Assembly (NCBI GenBank): GCA_964595645.1
Contig: CAZQQT010000007.1
Location: forward strand, 79,123 to 143,122
Reading direction: 5' to 3'
DNA from: an uncultured Thermococci archaeon
Lineage (GTDB): Archaea; Methanobacteriota_B; Thermococci; Methanofastidiosales; B48-G16
DNA length: 64,000 bases
The notes below the pieces were generated by a model that did not search any database, was not told where the DNA came from, and was given only the letters and a program-made list of their open reading frames with translations. Numbering within the stretch: position 1 is the first letter of the stretch; each line of letters begins with the position of its first letter. Positions 49,622 to 60,088 of this stretch are shown one piece after another. The position numbers and the translations under genes are program-made.

Positions 49622-51358
49622 TCACTCCACCGTCACGCTCTTCGCCAGGTTTCGCGGCTTGTCGATGGGGAGCCCCTTCTCCTTAGCAATGTAGTAGGCG
49701 AGCAGCTGGCCTATCGTCGTAGCGGTGATGGCAACCTTCTCATCCTTGGACGTGGTGAGGAGGAAGTCGGGCGAGAGCGAGTCATCATTGGAAATGGTAA
49801 TGACCCTTGCACCCCGCGCCTCCACCTCCTTCGTGTTGGAGATCATCTCGCCATCCCCCCGAGGAATCAACGAGATGACCGGTGTGCCGTCCTCTATCAA
49901 CGCAAGGGTCCCGTGCTTTAACTCGCCGCCCATCATTCCCTCGCCATGAAGGTATGGAATTTCCTTCAGTTTCAAGGCGATTTCTCTGGCAATCGGGTAG
50001 GTAAGCCCTCTGCCCAGCACGTAGATATCACGTTTCGAGGAGAGTTCCTTCGCGAGTGTCTGTATCTTCTCTTCGTTGAGATCGATGGTCTCCCGGATTC
50101 GTTGTGAGAGTGTGGTGAGATTGACACTGAGATCATTGAGTGCAGCCAGATAGAGGAGGAGAGAGATCTGGTTGATGAATGTCTTCGTGGCGGCAACACA
50201 GATCTCCTGTCCCGCCAGTATCTCCATAGAAAGATCGGCGATCCGCTGGATACTGGAGTGAGGAACGTTCACGATGGAAGCAATGGTTGCTCCCTTCTTT
50301 TTTGCAAACTTCAATGCTTTGAGTACGTCCATCGTTTCGCCCGATTGTGAAATAGCGATTACGAGAGTCTCGTCATCCACATGAATAAAATGTCTGAACT
50401 CTGAAGCGATAATGGCCTGTGATTCGATATTCACCTTGTTCAAAAAGTAGACGCCGAGGAGACTGGCAAAGTAGCTTGTGCCTGATGCCACAAAACAGAC
50501 CCTTTTCGCCGAGTGGATCATCTCATTGAAATCGAGGATTTTTTGGTGCTGTTCGTTGTTCAGAGAGTGGATAATCCGCTCCACAGCCTGTGGTTCCTCC
50601 TTAATCTCCTTGATCATGTAGTGATCGTACTCCTCCTTTTTTTCCTCGGAGAATCCCCATTCGAACTCCTGAACCTCCTTCTCTATCGGATTCGCATCCT
50701 TATCATAGAATGTGTAATCGTCTCCTATCACCGCGAACTCATCATCCTCGAAGAACACCGCTCTCGTTGTTGTATCCGAAAACCCGTAGATATCGGAGGA
50801 GAGGTAGAGTGTACTGTCACCAACACCGAGTACCAACGGAGAATCCCGTTTGAAGGCGTAGATCTTGTTCTCTCCCTTTCGCATCAACAAAACGGCAAAT
50901 GTTCCCTCGGCTTCCTCGATGAACTCTGCAATGGCCCGCGTCACTCCCATACCATTTTTTTCTCTCTCCTCGATGTAGTGGGCGATGACCTCTGAGTCGG
51001 TGTCCGAGCGAAATGTATGCCCCTTTTCACGGAGTTTTTCTTTGATAGGAAGGTAGTTTTCGATGATACCGTTATGCACAATCATAAACTCGCCGGTACA
51101 GTCGGTGTGAGGGTGTGCGTTCTCCTTGCTCACTCCACCATGGGTTGCCCACCGGGTGTGTGCAATCCCCGTGGTGAACATATGCTCCTCGATTCTCTCT
51201 AAAAAATCTGATATTTCTCCTGTGTCTTTTTCTATCGTCCCGTCATTTGAGGCATACCCCACAGAGTCATATCCTCGGTACTCCAGCCGCCTCAATGCCT
51301 GCAACATCTCTTTCGATGAAATATAACCCTGAGATACAATACCAATTATACCGCACAT
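49622..51358 (-). CDS. glmS: Glutamine-fructose-6-phosphate transaminase
   Basis: MCGIIG, EYRGYDS, HTRWATHG, SQSGET, PRNLAKSVTVE. Confidence 0.98.
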   Translation of the reverse strand: MCGIIGIVSQGYISSKEMLQALRRLEYRGYDSVGYASNDGTIEKDTGEISDFLERIEEHMFTTGIAHTRWATHGGVSKENAHPHTDCTGEFMIVHNGIIENYLPIKEKLREKGHTFRSDTDSEVIAHYIEEREKNGMGVTRAIAEFIEEAEGTFAVLLMRKGENKIYAFKRDSPLVLGVGDSTLYLSSDIYGFSDTTTRAVFFEDDEFAVIGDDYTFYDKDANPIEKEVQEFEWGFSEEKKEEYDHYMIKEIKEEPQAVERIIHSLNNEQHQKILDFNEMIHSAKRVCFVASGTSYFASLLGVYFLNKVNIESQAIIASEFRHFIHVDDETLVIAISQSGETMDVLKALKFAKKKGATIASIVNVPHSSIQRIADLSMEILAGQEICVAATKTFINQISLLLYLAALNDLSVNLTTLSQRIRETIDLNEEKIQTLAKELSSKRDIYVLGRGLTYPIAREIALKLKEIPYLHGEGMMGGELKHGTLALIEDGTPVISLIPRGDGEMISNTKEVEARGARVITISNDDSLSPDFLLTTSKDEKVAITATTIGQLLAYYIAKEKGLPIDKPRNLAKSVTVE

Positions 51359-51484
51359 ACGATATCAATAAAATACAGACTATATAAAATTTTCTTTCGA
51401 AATCATTTCTTTCTTTTTATTTTTACAGCAGAAAAATAAATTTTTGGAAAAATAAAGATATATATTGTTTCAAAAAGCTTTTTT

Positions 51485-52378
51485 CTAATAAAAAAAAGAT
51501 AAGATAATCGCCAATACACCGAAAAGAGCCGAAATGGTCCATAAGAGTACCAAAAGTTTCTTTTCGTTAAGTTGAAAGGTAGACGTGAGAATATTCGCTA
51601 CAGAAAGATACTCTGGAGGAACGAGGATTCCGTTCTCTATTTGTGTAGGCCCATATGATTTTCCAGAGAATCCAACTCGAATTTTCAGGAAAAATTCGAT
51701 TATCTGAGGAACGATACATACTGCCGCAATAAACTCCATGTTGTACAGAATTCCTACTCCTGCAATAACCGTTCCTATCGAGAGTGTCCCCACATCACCG
51801 GGAAACACCCACGAGGGGTAGATATTGAACACGAGGAAGGCGCCCAATGCAGTGATAAAGGGGAGGAGGATCGCGGGATCCTTTCCTGTGATCACCATTG
51901 ACACCGCCAGTGCAGTGCTGGCAATAATGCCACTTCCTACAGCCTCTCCGTTAAATCCTGCGAGGATGTTCGTAGCATTCGCCGCTGCAGTGATCCCAAT
52001 AGGCACCAGCAGATAGTAGAGATACGAGAAGTCGATTGTGAAAAACACGAAGTTAATTGTTTCACTCTGTATAGAAAACACAAGTGGAATTCCGGCGAAA
52101 AGACACAAAAAAACCTTTTTTAATTGTGAAATGCCTTTAAAGTCGTCTATCAGCCCTATTAGTACAACGAGTCCGAGAGTAATGGAAAAGTAATACTTTC
52201 CCATATAGAGTAAAAACACAAAGTAGGGAGCAACGAAGGCAATACCACAGGATTCCGGCAAGTATCGCTCATAGGGCTTATGGAGATCCCGTCCCACGTT
52301 TCCTATAGATTCCATATACTGGGAGACGAGATAGGTAAGTACAAGCGTTGCCACGAGTACGATCAACGGCGCTACCAT
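51485..52378 (-). CDS. Glycosyltransferase family 4 (AglH/GPT-like GlcNAc-1-phosphate transferase)
   Basis: GRDLHKP, GLIDD, NATNILAGFNG, FPGDVGT. Confidence 0.88.
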   Translation of the reverse strand: MVAPLIVLVATLVLTYLVSQYMESIGNVGRDLHKPYERYLPESCGIAFVAPYFVFLLYMGKYYFSITLGLVVLIGLIDDFKGISQLKKVFLCLFAGIPLVFSIQSETINFVFFTIDFSYLYYLLVPIGITAAANATNILAGFNGEAVGSGIIASTALAVSMVITGKDPAILLPFITALGAFLVFNIYPSWVFPGDVGTLSIGTVIAGVGILYNMEFIAAVCIVPQIIEFFLKIRVGFSGKSYGPTQIENGILVPPEYLSVANILTSTFQLNEKKLLVLLWTISALFGVLAIILSFFY

Positions 52379-52517
52379 AGTAGTTGTAGGAAGGAATCCT
52401 TAAAAAATTTGTTGAGTTTTTGATTGACCTCTATCCTTTACTTTCGCCTTGTCTCCATAATGATATACAAACAAAGATGAAACAAAAAGGTATTTCATGC
52501 TTTGGAATTCACGTACA

Positions 52518-52949
52518 TTAATATTTACTTCTGTTTCCAAAAAATAGCCCCTTCAGCATGCTCTTTCCATCATCAAGCACTATTTTTCTTGTAAAATCTC
52601 TCGTTTCTTCCAGAGAAAGCTTCTTTACATCCTCCAATATGCCTTCACGCCATTTTATCGTGCTCTCATTTACTTTTATTGTATAAATACTCTTTTCTAG
52701 ATCGTCAGCATATTCCATTACCTTCCACACACTCACAGTGTATTTTTCTTCAAGAGCAAGTCCCACCACGATATCCATGTCCTCTATGTCTTCTTTCCAG
52801 CTTCTTATTTCCTCTTTGGATAGATTGGAGGGGCCCATGATATCCAAATCCCCCTCAAGTTTCGAGTTCATCAGATTTTCACAGCGTCTCTCCGTACGTG
52901 AATGGTATGTTATCGAAGGGTGGATAAAGTATACTTTTTTCTCAGGCAT
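52518..52949 (-). CDS. Hypothetical protein
   Basis: 143 aa from MPEKKVYF; coding-like composition. Confidence 0.65.
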   Translation of the reverse strand: MPEKKVYFIHPSITYHSRTERRCENLMNSKLEGDLDIMGPSNLSKEEIRSWKEDIEDMDIVVGLALEEKYTVSVWKVMEYADDLEKSIYTIKVNESTIKWREGILEDVKKLSLEETRDFTRKIVLDDGKSMLKGLFFGNRSKY

Positions 52950-53034
52950 ACATACACTAACGGTCGAAGAAATAAAAATGTACTGGTTACGCTGTCCCAA
53001 AAAATTTATATACTTTCTAAAACAATAATGCTTT

Positions 53035-54324
53035 ATGAAAAGAAAAGCTGTGACATTTTTCCTCATTGCCCTTTTCGCGGCCTCATTCAGCACATATAGA
53101 GCTCAAGAAAATCTCCCACTGGAACCTACAATCACGATAAGGGCGATACCTGAGATTGTTTCCCCAGGACAGGAGGTCACAATCAGGGTGACCGTACTCA
53201 ACGATATCGGCACGTACATGTGGAATACAGAGGTATATATTGATAAGTTGATGATTCCGGAGGAGCTCCAGGACCACGTAGAAATCATCGTGGGGAACAA
53301 AGGGGATCTGAAACTGCCGTCCCCTATGTCTACAGGAGATAAAGAGACCGTGGAACTGAAAATCAGGATAACTGAACAGATCCCTGCGGATGAACTTGAT
53401 GTCCCCATCATTGTCAGTACCGAGGAGGGAATATGTGAAGGTCATGGATGTATTCCCTTCCGTACAGACCCTCCGAAGTACGCGCATATAGAGATACTCA
53501 GGACGAAGCCTTCTGTACTACTCACCTTGGATATCAAATCCTTTTTACTCCAGGCGGAGGACTGTGGTATTATCACCACGACATTAGATGTCCCTTTTAG
53601 AATAAAGAACGTCGGTAACACCTCTGTCTACAATATTTCGTTTTATCTCGCCTCGGAGAAGCTCTACTTTGATTACGATGTAGAAACACCTAAAAACCTC
53701 AATGAACTGAGAGAAAACGAAGAGGTCTCCGGAACATTCAAGCTGTATCTCAATGAAGTGGGAGTCAATGTGTATACTATCGTAATCAGGGCGACGTACT
53801 ACGATCGGTACAATAAAAAATTTACTATCGAGGATCAAATTACGATAGAGGTACGAAATGAAGCGTATTCCTTCTACGCGAAAGCGGAGGAGTACTACAA
53901 CAACTGTAACTACACGAAAGCGGAGGAGTACTATACAAACGCAAAAAATAAATATGAAGAAGCTGGTAATACCAATATGGCACTCAAGATCGAGAGGAAG
54001 ATCTACGCAATTCGAGGTAACGAGAGTTTTGAGAGTGCACAGCAATATTACTTCTCGGGTGAAGTAACGAGAGCAAAGGAACAGTACCAACAAGCAAAAG
54101 ATTACTATGACAGAGCAAAATACTGTATCATGGCAGACATCTGTCAGACCGCACTGAACAGTATAGAAGAAGGAAAAACACCGCCACCGACATCTCCATC
54201 CAATGGAGAAACAAAGAAACCTTCTATTGGAGGGGACATAGGACGCCTCATATCAACGACGAATCTCATTTTTTACGCAATCATCGTATTCCTCACTTTA
54301 ATAATAATTTATCAGAGGAGGTAA
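53035..54324 (+). CDS. Membrane-anchored surface protein (Ig-like/CARDB domains plus TPR-like helices)
   Basis: Signal peptide, beta-rich domains, KAEEYY repeats, Pro-rich linker, C-terminal TM. Confidence 0.8.
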   Translation: MKRKAVTFFLIALFAASFSTYRAQENLPLEPTITIRAIPEIVSPGQEVTIRVTVLNDIGTYMWNTEVYIDKLMIPEELQDHVEIIVGNKGDLKLPSPMSTGDKETVELKIRITEQIPADELDVPIIVSTEEGICEGHGCIPFRTDPPKYAHIEILRTKPSVLLTLDIKSFLLQAEDCGIITTTLDVPFRIKNVGNTSVYNISFYLASEKLYFDYDVETPKNLNELRENEEVSGTFKLYLNEVGVNVYTIVIRATYYDRYNKKFTIEDQITIEVRNEAYSFYAKAEEYYNNCNYTKAEEYYTNAKNKYEEAGNTNMALKIERKIYAIRGNESFESAQQYYFSGEVTRAKEQYQQAKDYYDRAKYCIMADICQTALNSIEEGKTPPPTSPSNGETKKPSIGGDIGRLISTTNLIFYAIIVFLTLIIIYQRR

Positions 54325-54328
54325 TGTT

Positions 54329-54733
54329 ATGCCACGATTAAAAGATATTTTTGGCGATAGAAAGCTAAAAAAGGTTAAAAAAGAAAAAGAAAGAGATAAA
54401 GAGAGAGATGAGGATCTAGAGGACATTGAAGGGATAGAGTACGAAGAGGACATTCTCACAGGCGAGGGTTTTATGGAGTTTGGACTTACCTACGTGAAAC
54501 CCATGACCGTGAGAGGTGAATCCGATATCCAAAGAATCACGAAGGAACTCAACGATGGAAATATCGTCCTCGGAAACGTGGAAAAATTAGGTGAAAGAGA
54601 CCCCAACGAGCTTCGAAGACTCGTAGAACAGCTTAAAGGTATCTGTAAAGGTATTGGGGGAGATATTGTTGGTGTAGGAGACTCACGGATCCTCGTCACC
54701 CCCTCGAATATCAAGGTGTACCGGGAAGAATGA
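54329..54733 (+). CDS. sepF: Cell division protein SepF
   Basis: EL.DGNIVL...L.....GGDI.G.....ILVTP.NIKV. Confidence 0.88.
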   Translation: MPRLKDIFGDRKLKKVKKEKERDKERDEDLEDIEGIEYEEDILTGEGFMEFGLTYVKPMTVRGESDIQRITKELNDGNIVLGNVEKLGERDPNELRRLVEQLKGICKGIGGDIVGVGDSRILVTPSNIKVYREE

Positions 54734-54740
54734 CCCAGTA

Positions 54741-55142
54741 TCAATATATAGAAATACTTACTGTCATCCGTTCCCCGCCCTTCAACGCCTGAACGAGTGG
54801 ACGCTCTAGCTCTGCGGCAGCCTTATCGGCGTGTACCATCAGCGTCCTATCACATATGTAAGAACTTTTCCTGATCACGATATCCTTTCCGTCACGAAAG
54901 GTCAGCCGCGGATCAAGGTATCCTTTCACTCGTTCAGTCAGATCCCCAACGACAAATGTAACCACGATCTCCTGCTTCTTATTCTCCTCAAGAAAATTCT
55001 TGAGATCTCGTAGTCCTTTTGTCGCGCTCACGCCGATGATACAGTCTCCTCTCTTCGTAAGATGCGTATCCTTCGTTACTTCAATTGTGGTCTCGTGAGT
55101 AGCCGTGATATTCGGGTGGCCGTACGCGTGAAAGGAGATCAT
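54741..55142 (-). CDS. DUF371-family protein
   Basis: GHPNI.ATH.TT.E.TKD..LT.RGDCIIGV, ADKAA. Confidence 0.92.
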   Translation of the reverse strand: MISFHAYGHPNITATHETTIEVTKDTHLTKRGDCIIGVSATKGLRDLKNFLEENKKQEIVVTFVVGDLTERVKGYLDPRLTFRDGKDIVIRKSSYICDRTLMVHADKAAAELERPLVQALKGGERMTVSISIY

Positions 55143-56395
55143 AGTATCTTCTGTCTGAGCCTCTGCAAAGAGAGCTTGGCGGTCAGTACCCGTTCGGTAC
55201 TGAATATCTTCACGATGATCCAGATAAGCACTATCGAGAGGATCAGCACATATCCAATGCCGCCCAGGACGAGGCTGTAGTTATCGAACATGAGCGACCG
55301 CATGGCCATCATGGGGTGGGAGAAGGGTATCGCAAACACCACAATCTTCAGTGCCATAGGAAGTGTGCTGAAATCCTTCATCATTGTCACGAACATAGGC
55401 ACGAGTGCGAGAGCAACGACAGGGAGATTGAGCATTTGCGCGCTCTTGTAGTTCTCTGCGAAGGTACCGAGGATCATGCAGAGTGAGAGTGCTGCCAAGA
55501 GTGTAATGAACACAGAGAGACCAACCAAAAGGTAATCTTTCATTCCCAGCGTTAACCCGTACTGTGCCATGTCTATCTGAGAGGACATCCCCAGGGAGGT
55601 CATATAGTAGCCGAGTCCTGCCATATATACTACTGCCATTAGAAGTCCCACAGCGGCGCTTCCCACAATCTTTCCGAGCACGATGTAACTCCGTTTCACA
55701 GGAAGTGTGAGCAGTGTTTCCAGGGTTTTGTTCTCCTTCTCCATCCCCATTGATGAGATGACCGTCCCACCAGCCATGATAATGATCATCATCATAATGA
55801 TGGGTACAATTGACGATTGCGAGGACAGCATACCGCTTATCGTGCTGGGAGAGATTCCCTTCATTGTTTTATCTTTGAAGATGGTGGTCTCCTTCCGCAC
55901 TGTCGGGTTGAGCACGATCTCCGAGGTCTCCTTATTTTCTATCAGTTTTTCAGAAATCCCCTGGCTCACCGAATGAACGAGCCCATTCACTACCTCCGAG
56001 GAGATAGTATCTAACACGCCGGCACCGCTCATCACCCAGTAGATCTCTATCTCTCCTTGTTCGTTTTTGTGAATGTTCTCGCTAAAGCCTGATGGCAGTA
56101 TGAGGAGTGCTGTACCGCCCTCTTCCTTTATTGTCTCTATGCCCTCCTCCACACTCGTTCCTGTATACACCACTTTCGCATTGTTATTGAGAATATCAAT
56201 GACAATTTCGGAAAAATCTCCGCTATCCTCATCAATCACACCAATCGTCGGTTTCTCTCCTAATTCTTCCTCAATGCCACCCATCATGTTTCCCATTGAT
56301 CCGAATATCACCGCCATGATCACGATGGGAAGAATCGTGGAGGGTGTGAGCATCTCCCGTATCTCCTTCACAATGATCGTGGTGAGCCCACTCAT
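55139..56395 (-). CDS. ABC-2 permease (NatB-like)
   Basis: EKENKTLETLLTLPV, large extracellular loop. Confidence 0.92.
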   Translation of the reverse strand: MSGLTTIIVKEIREMLTPSTILPIVIMAVIFGSMGNMMGGIEEELGEKPTIGVIDEDSGDFSEIVIDILNNNAKVVYTGTSVEEGIETIKEEGGTALLILPSGFSENIHKNEQGEIEIYWVMSGAGVLDTISSEVVNGLVHSVSQGISEKLIENKETSEIVLNPTVRKETTIFKDKTMKGISPSTISGMLSSQSSIVPIIMMMIIIMAGGTVISSMGMEKENKTLETLLTLPVKRSYIVLGKIVGSAAVGLLMAVVYMAGLGYYMTSLGMSSQIDMAQYGLTLGMKDYLLVGLSVFITLLAALSLCMILGTFAENYKSAQMLNLPVVALALVPMFVTMMKDFSTLPMALKIVVFAIPFSHPMMAMRSLMFDNYSLVLGGIGYVLILSIVLIWIIVKIFSTERVLTAKLSLQRLRQKIL

Positions 56396-57111
56396 TGTAC
56401 CACCGCCGTGAATACTTCTTCTATGTTACTAGCCGTATATTTATTCTTTAACTCAGAAGGACTGCCCTTCTCAACAATCCGTCCTTCATTGATCAGTGCG
56501 ACTGTATCGCACAGAAACTCTACCTCCAACATGTTGTGGGATGAAACGAGGGCTGTAGTCCCTTCTCTCACAGAACGTTTGATAATTCTCCGTACCTCCT
56601 GGGCATTTATCACATCCAACCCGGAGGTCGGTTCATCGAGTATGGCGAGTTTGGGATCGATCATTAAGGCCCTCCCTACCAGGAGACGGCGCATCATTCC
56701 CTTACTATACGTATCAACTTTATCGTCAATTCTTTCCTCAAGATCCGCAATAGCAACTCCCTTTCTCACGATTTCGTTGACTTCTCTCCCCTTGCCAAAA
56801 AATTTCGCAATAAATGTGAGATAGCCTCTACCTGTAAGATTTTTGTACGCGCCCGCATCCTCAGGGAGGTAGCTGATGAGTTTTCTCACCTCCGATGCCT
56901 CTTTCTCCACATCGTGATCAAACACTTTTACTGTTCCGGATGTTGCATCCAGTAATGTCGAGATGATTCGCAGTGTCGTCGTTTTGCCGGCACCATTTGG
57001 CCCGATAAGCCCGAATATCTCTCCTTCAGGTATTGAGAAGGACGCTCCATCCACTGCGATAACATTCGCAAAGGTTTTTACTAGATCGATAATCTCTACT
57101 GCATTGTTCAT
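56392..57111 (-). CDS. ABC ATP-binding protein (NatA-like)
   Basis: GPNGAGKTT, YSKGM, LDEPTSGLD. Confidence 0.95.
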   Translation of the reverse strand: MNNAVEIIDLVKTFANVIAVDGASFSIPEGEIFGLIGPNGAGKTTTLRIISTLLDATSGTVKVFDHDVEKEASEVRKLISYLPEDAGAYKNLTGRGYLTFIAKFFGKGREVNEIVRKGVAIADLEERIDDKVDTYSKGMMRRLLVGRALMIDPKLAILDEPTSGLDVINAQEVRRIIKRSVREGTTALVSSHNMLEVEFLCDTVALINEGRIVEKGSPSELKNKYTASNIEEVFTAVVQ

Positions 57112-57371
57112 GTGATCGCTCTCTATATTACACATGGTCATCTCTTCACTTTAAAAAAGTTGCGATACGTTAAATTATCTGAAAACAGAGCAAACGTTGA
57201 TTGCACATATGATGTTCCATATCGTATGGTATCCTCTTGATGTGCGATTTTCGGATACGTAAAAAACATTTTACTAAAATTTTCTTCACATATACGTATT
57301 TAAATCGCTCAATGGCTAGTATCTATAGGTGATTAAATGGAAAAAAACGGTAATGAAACTTTGAAGAGGAG

Positions 57372-57803
57372 GTGTTTAAAGCACTGGACCATCAGATGAG
57401 GAGGGATATTCTGCGATATATTGGTGAAGAGAAACAGAGCACTTTCACAGCAATAATGAATACATTAAAAGTGGACAGTCCTACACTCTCTTATCATCTG
57501 AGAACACTCTCACCATTCATCGAACAGAAGGATAGCAAATATTCACTCACACCCCTTGGAAAAGACGCATACGGTCTTTTATCGAAAACCTCCTCCACTG
57601 TCACGTCTACTATACTCATCGCCTCGTTAAAAAAAGAAATTTCTTGCGTGATGATAACAAATGCAATTTTGTGGGAATGTGCGTTAGTTTCTGTAGCGTT
57701 ATTTGAGGGAGGGGTCCGTACACTCACTATTTCAATCTTTGCGGTACTCTGGTTTATCAGCAGTGTTATCCTAAATTCCTTTGCAACTCAAATATCTTCA
57801 TAA
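57372..57803 (+). CDS. Winged-helix regulator with two C-terminal TM segments; 5' end may be frameshifted
   Basis: FKALDHQMRRDIL...LSYHL...Y.LT..G; the SD-linked ATG near 57337 is out of frame. Confidence 0.75.
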   Translation: MFKALDHQMRRDILRYIGEEKQSTFTAIMNTLKVDSPTLSYHLRTLSPFIEQKDSKYSLTPLGKDAYGLLSKTSSTVTSTILIASLKKEISCVMITNAILWECALVSVALFEGGVRTLTISIFAVLWFISSVILNSFATQISS

Positions 57804-57849
57804 TGTGTTGTGACAGTAATAATCTAAAAAAAATAAAAAACGAAAGATG

Positions 57850-57903
57850 TTACTTTTTCTTCTCAGACTTTTTCTTCTTTTCCTTTCCTTTTCTCTTTGC
57901 CAT
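57850..57903 (-). CDS. Putative 17-aa Lys-rich microprotein MAKRKGKEKKKKSEKKK
   Basis: GAGGTGA SD overlapping the upstream stop; T-tract downstream on the minus strand. Confidence 0.55.
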   Translation of the reverse strand: MAKRKGKEKKKKSEKKK

Positions 57904-57914
57904 ATATTTTCACC

Positions 57915-58070
57915 TCACAGTTCATCTTCATCTATTTCCCAAAGCTCCCATTCTCCTTCTTCCTTCTGGAGCTCGAGATCACTCCCACAAGCCGGGCAAG
58001 TGATTGTCTTACCCTCGTGGAGACTTTCAATCTCAATATCTTCATAGCAGACCGGACATTCCAGTTCCAT
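57915..58070 (-). CDS. 51-aa acidic zinc-ribbon protein, LysW-like
   Basis: MELECPVC...ITCPACGSDLEL...EIDEDEL; GGTGA SD; below the ORF-track size cut-off. Confidence 0.8.
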   Translation of the reverse strand: MELECPVCYEDIEIESLHEGKTITCPACGSDLELQKEEGEWELWEIDEDEL

Positions 58071-58253
58071 AATGTATCACCACTTCGCAACTAATTTTTA
58101 AAATATAAAATTTTTTTTATAAGAATAGAAACTTACTATACTCCTTTCTCTATTGTTTAGACATTTTATCGTATTTAAAATACTTTATAAATAGATATTA
58201 CTTATTTTATTCCTAAAAAATTAGCAAAATGTTTCTTTTTTCCTCAACAACTT

Positions 58254-58868
58254 TCATATAGTGATTCTCTGTTCCGTCATATGCCTATACGCAAGAACAG
58301 CTTTATATGCTCTGTTATAGACATTTTTCAACGTTACCCCTCGTTGTGTGTACCACATACATCTTTTTTTCAGCAATTTTACATTTGATTTCAGTTCTGA
58401 TAGCCTTTTTTTAGAAAAATTTTCATTTTGTTCGTATTTTTTTACCTTATATACTATCTTTCTCGCTGCATTTCTGTGGTACTTATACACTGTCTCTCTC
58501 AGAAGAGAATCATCGAGTGGTACTACCACAGGACTTCTGTACACTGTTCCATGATCTTCTAAATACTCCTTCAACTCATCAACTGTGACGACATTCTCCT
58601 GTGTTGCATAAGGAAATACATAAATGGATGGGAAAATTCTCACGCCGAGGCTGTGAAAAATTTTTCTCTGGAGGGGTTTAGAAATAAAATTATGTGTAAG
58701 ATCATACGAAAGGATAATAACCCCTTCAGGGAATCTCTTCGATTTTGCTTTCTTTACTTTTTGTGTTTTGAACACGAATCGTTCGTCGGAAATCGGTATT
58801 TCCGAAGAATAAAGGTTTGCTGTAACCTTCGTACAGGTGAGTGCTTTTGTTGACACGATAAGATACAC
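58254..58868 (-). CDS. Basic hypothetical protein with a PaaX-like ferredoxin-fold segment
   Basis: IILSYDL...LG.RI.PSIYVFP followed by helical coiled region. Confidence 0.5.
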   Translation of the reverse strand: MYLIVSTKALTCTKVTANLYSSEIPISDERFVFKTQKVKKAKSKRFPEGVIILSYDLTHNFISKPLQRKIFHSLGVRIFPSIYVFPYATQENVVTVDELKEYLEDHGTVYRSPVVVPLDDSLLRETVYKYHRNAARKIVYKVKKYEQNENFSKKRLSELKSNVKLLKKRCMWYTQRGVTLKNVYNRAYKAVLAYRHMTEQRITI

Positions 58869-58944
58869 ACAGCGACTAGGATATTCAGTATAAAAATCTT
58901 TCCTGTGAAGAAAAATTTAATATGCGCAATGTCTATTTTCCTAT

Positions 58945-60051
58945 ATGGACAGAGGCTTTTGGTTACGTGCATTTCCGCTCATCTGTATACTGCTTGTGAG
59001 CAACTTCTCCTTTATCTCTATAGAAGAGGAAATGGAGATTCAGGCATTGGAGGAACACAGGTACGTGAGTCGCGAGCTGGACGAGATGTCAGTGATCGAG
59101 CTTGGCTACACATCCATTTTTCTCACCGACCACAATCTCACGAAAAGCGAGGAGCTTCTCGATAGAATTGTGGACGCACAGAAAAAAACCGGCGAAATAG
59201 GAGACACCGTAAATCCAAAACTCTCCACAGGTCTCTGTGTGTTTTCACTTATTGTTGGTTATGAGAAAACGGGAAAAGAAATATACAAAGATACGGCATT
59301 AAAGGGAGGAGCATTCCTTATCCAAGAGATTGAGAAGTGGAAGGAGATAAACAAAGTAAAAATTACAGAGATATCGAAGAATGCACGGCATGAAGGGAAC
59401 CCCCAAAGTAGTTTAGAATGCTACTACTGGACAAGTCCCAACGATCTTGGCATTATGGTACTGGGGATTGGAGCGCTCGTTCCCTACGATGAGAAATACA
59501 GGAAGTTTGCAGTGGAACTTGGGGATGCGCTGTGGAAAATGCAGTTGGAGAATGGAGGATGGTACGATGGCTACACTCGGGTACCCATACGGCGGGATCA
59601 GTCCTCGTGGTACGTGGTCATGGCAATGATGGGACTGTGGCAATGTTATAATGTATTAGGGGAAGAGCGGCACCTTCATGTACTTCTAGAAGCAGAGGAA
59701 TGGTTTGAAACTATGTGGGATGGGGGTAGTGTCTATGACATTCTTGCCTACGAAGAGAACTACACCATAGCCCGTGAAGAGGGGAAAGTGATCGGCGAAC
59801 CTTCAGGTCTCCGGTTTGATTACCATCGATACGAGGAAACGAATGAACGAGATTATGTAGCTTCCTCCACCTACACACACTACTATGGGGAACATTCATT
59901 TCTCTTGTCCAATGCGCTTCTCATGAATCTTGGAATCGAACCGAACAGAAAAAAATTGAAGAAAACACTCATCTACATCGAACGTACACGGGAAAAAGAT
60001 CCTTCTAACTGGTTTCTGTTCTCTCTGTGGCTCGTACAGAATAGAGAATGA
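58945..60051 (+). CDS. Secreted alpha/alpha-toroid-like hypothetical protein
   Basis: Signal peptide; Q...GE and QLENGGW repeats. Confidence 0.7.
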   Translation: MDRGFWLRAFPLICILLVSNFSFISIEEEMEIQALEEHRYVSRELDEMSVIELGYTSIFLTDHNLTKSEELLDRIVDAQKKTGEIGDTVNPKLSTGLCVFSLIVGYEKTGKEIYKDTALKGGAFLIQEIEKWKEINKVKITEISKNARHEGNPQSSLECYYWTSPNDLGIMVLGIGALVPYDEKYRKFAVELGDALWKMQLENGGWYDGYTRVPIRRDQSSWYVVMAMMGLWQCYNVLGEERHLHVLLEAEEWFETMWDGGSVYDILAYEENYTIAREEGKVIGEPSGLRFDYHRYEETNERDYVASSTYTHYYGEHSFLLSNALLMNLGIEPNRKKLKKTLIYIERTREKDPSNWFLFSLWLVQNRE

Positions 60052-60088
60052 TACAACATTTTATAACCTCTCCCTTCATAGTACTCTT

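Noticed and set aside
53879-53933. 19-bp direct repeat at 36-bp spacing
   Set aside because: It encodes a KAEEYY helical repeat inside a CDS and is not a mobile or regulatory element.
57915-58070. Assigning the gene symbol lysW
   Set aside because: It lacks the C-terminal EDWGE motif and there are no lysX/Y/Z/J/K neighbours.
58254-58868. Cas2
   Set aside because: It has a YD-type first strand but is too long and has no CRISPR or cas context; a PaaX-like fold is more plausible.
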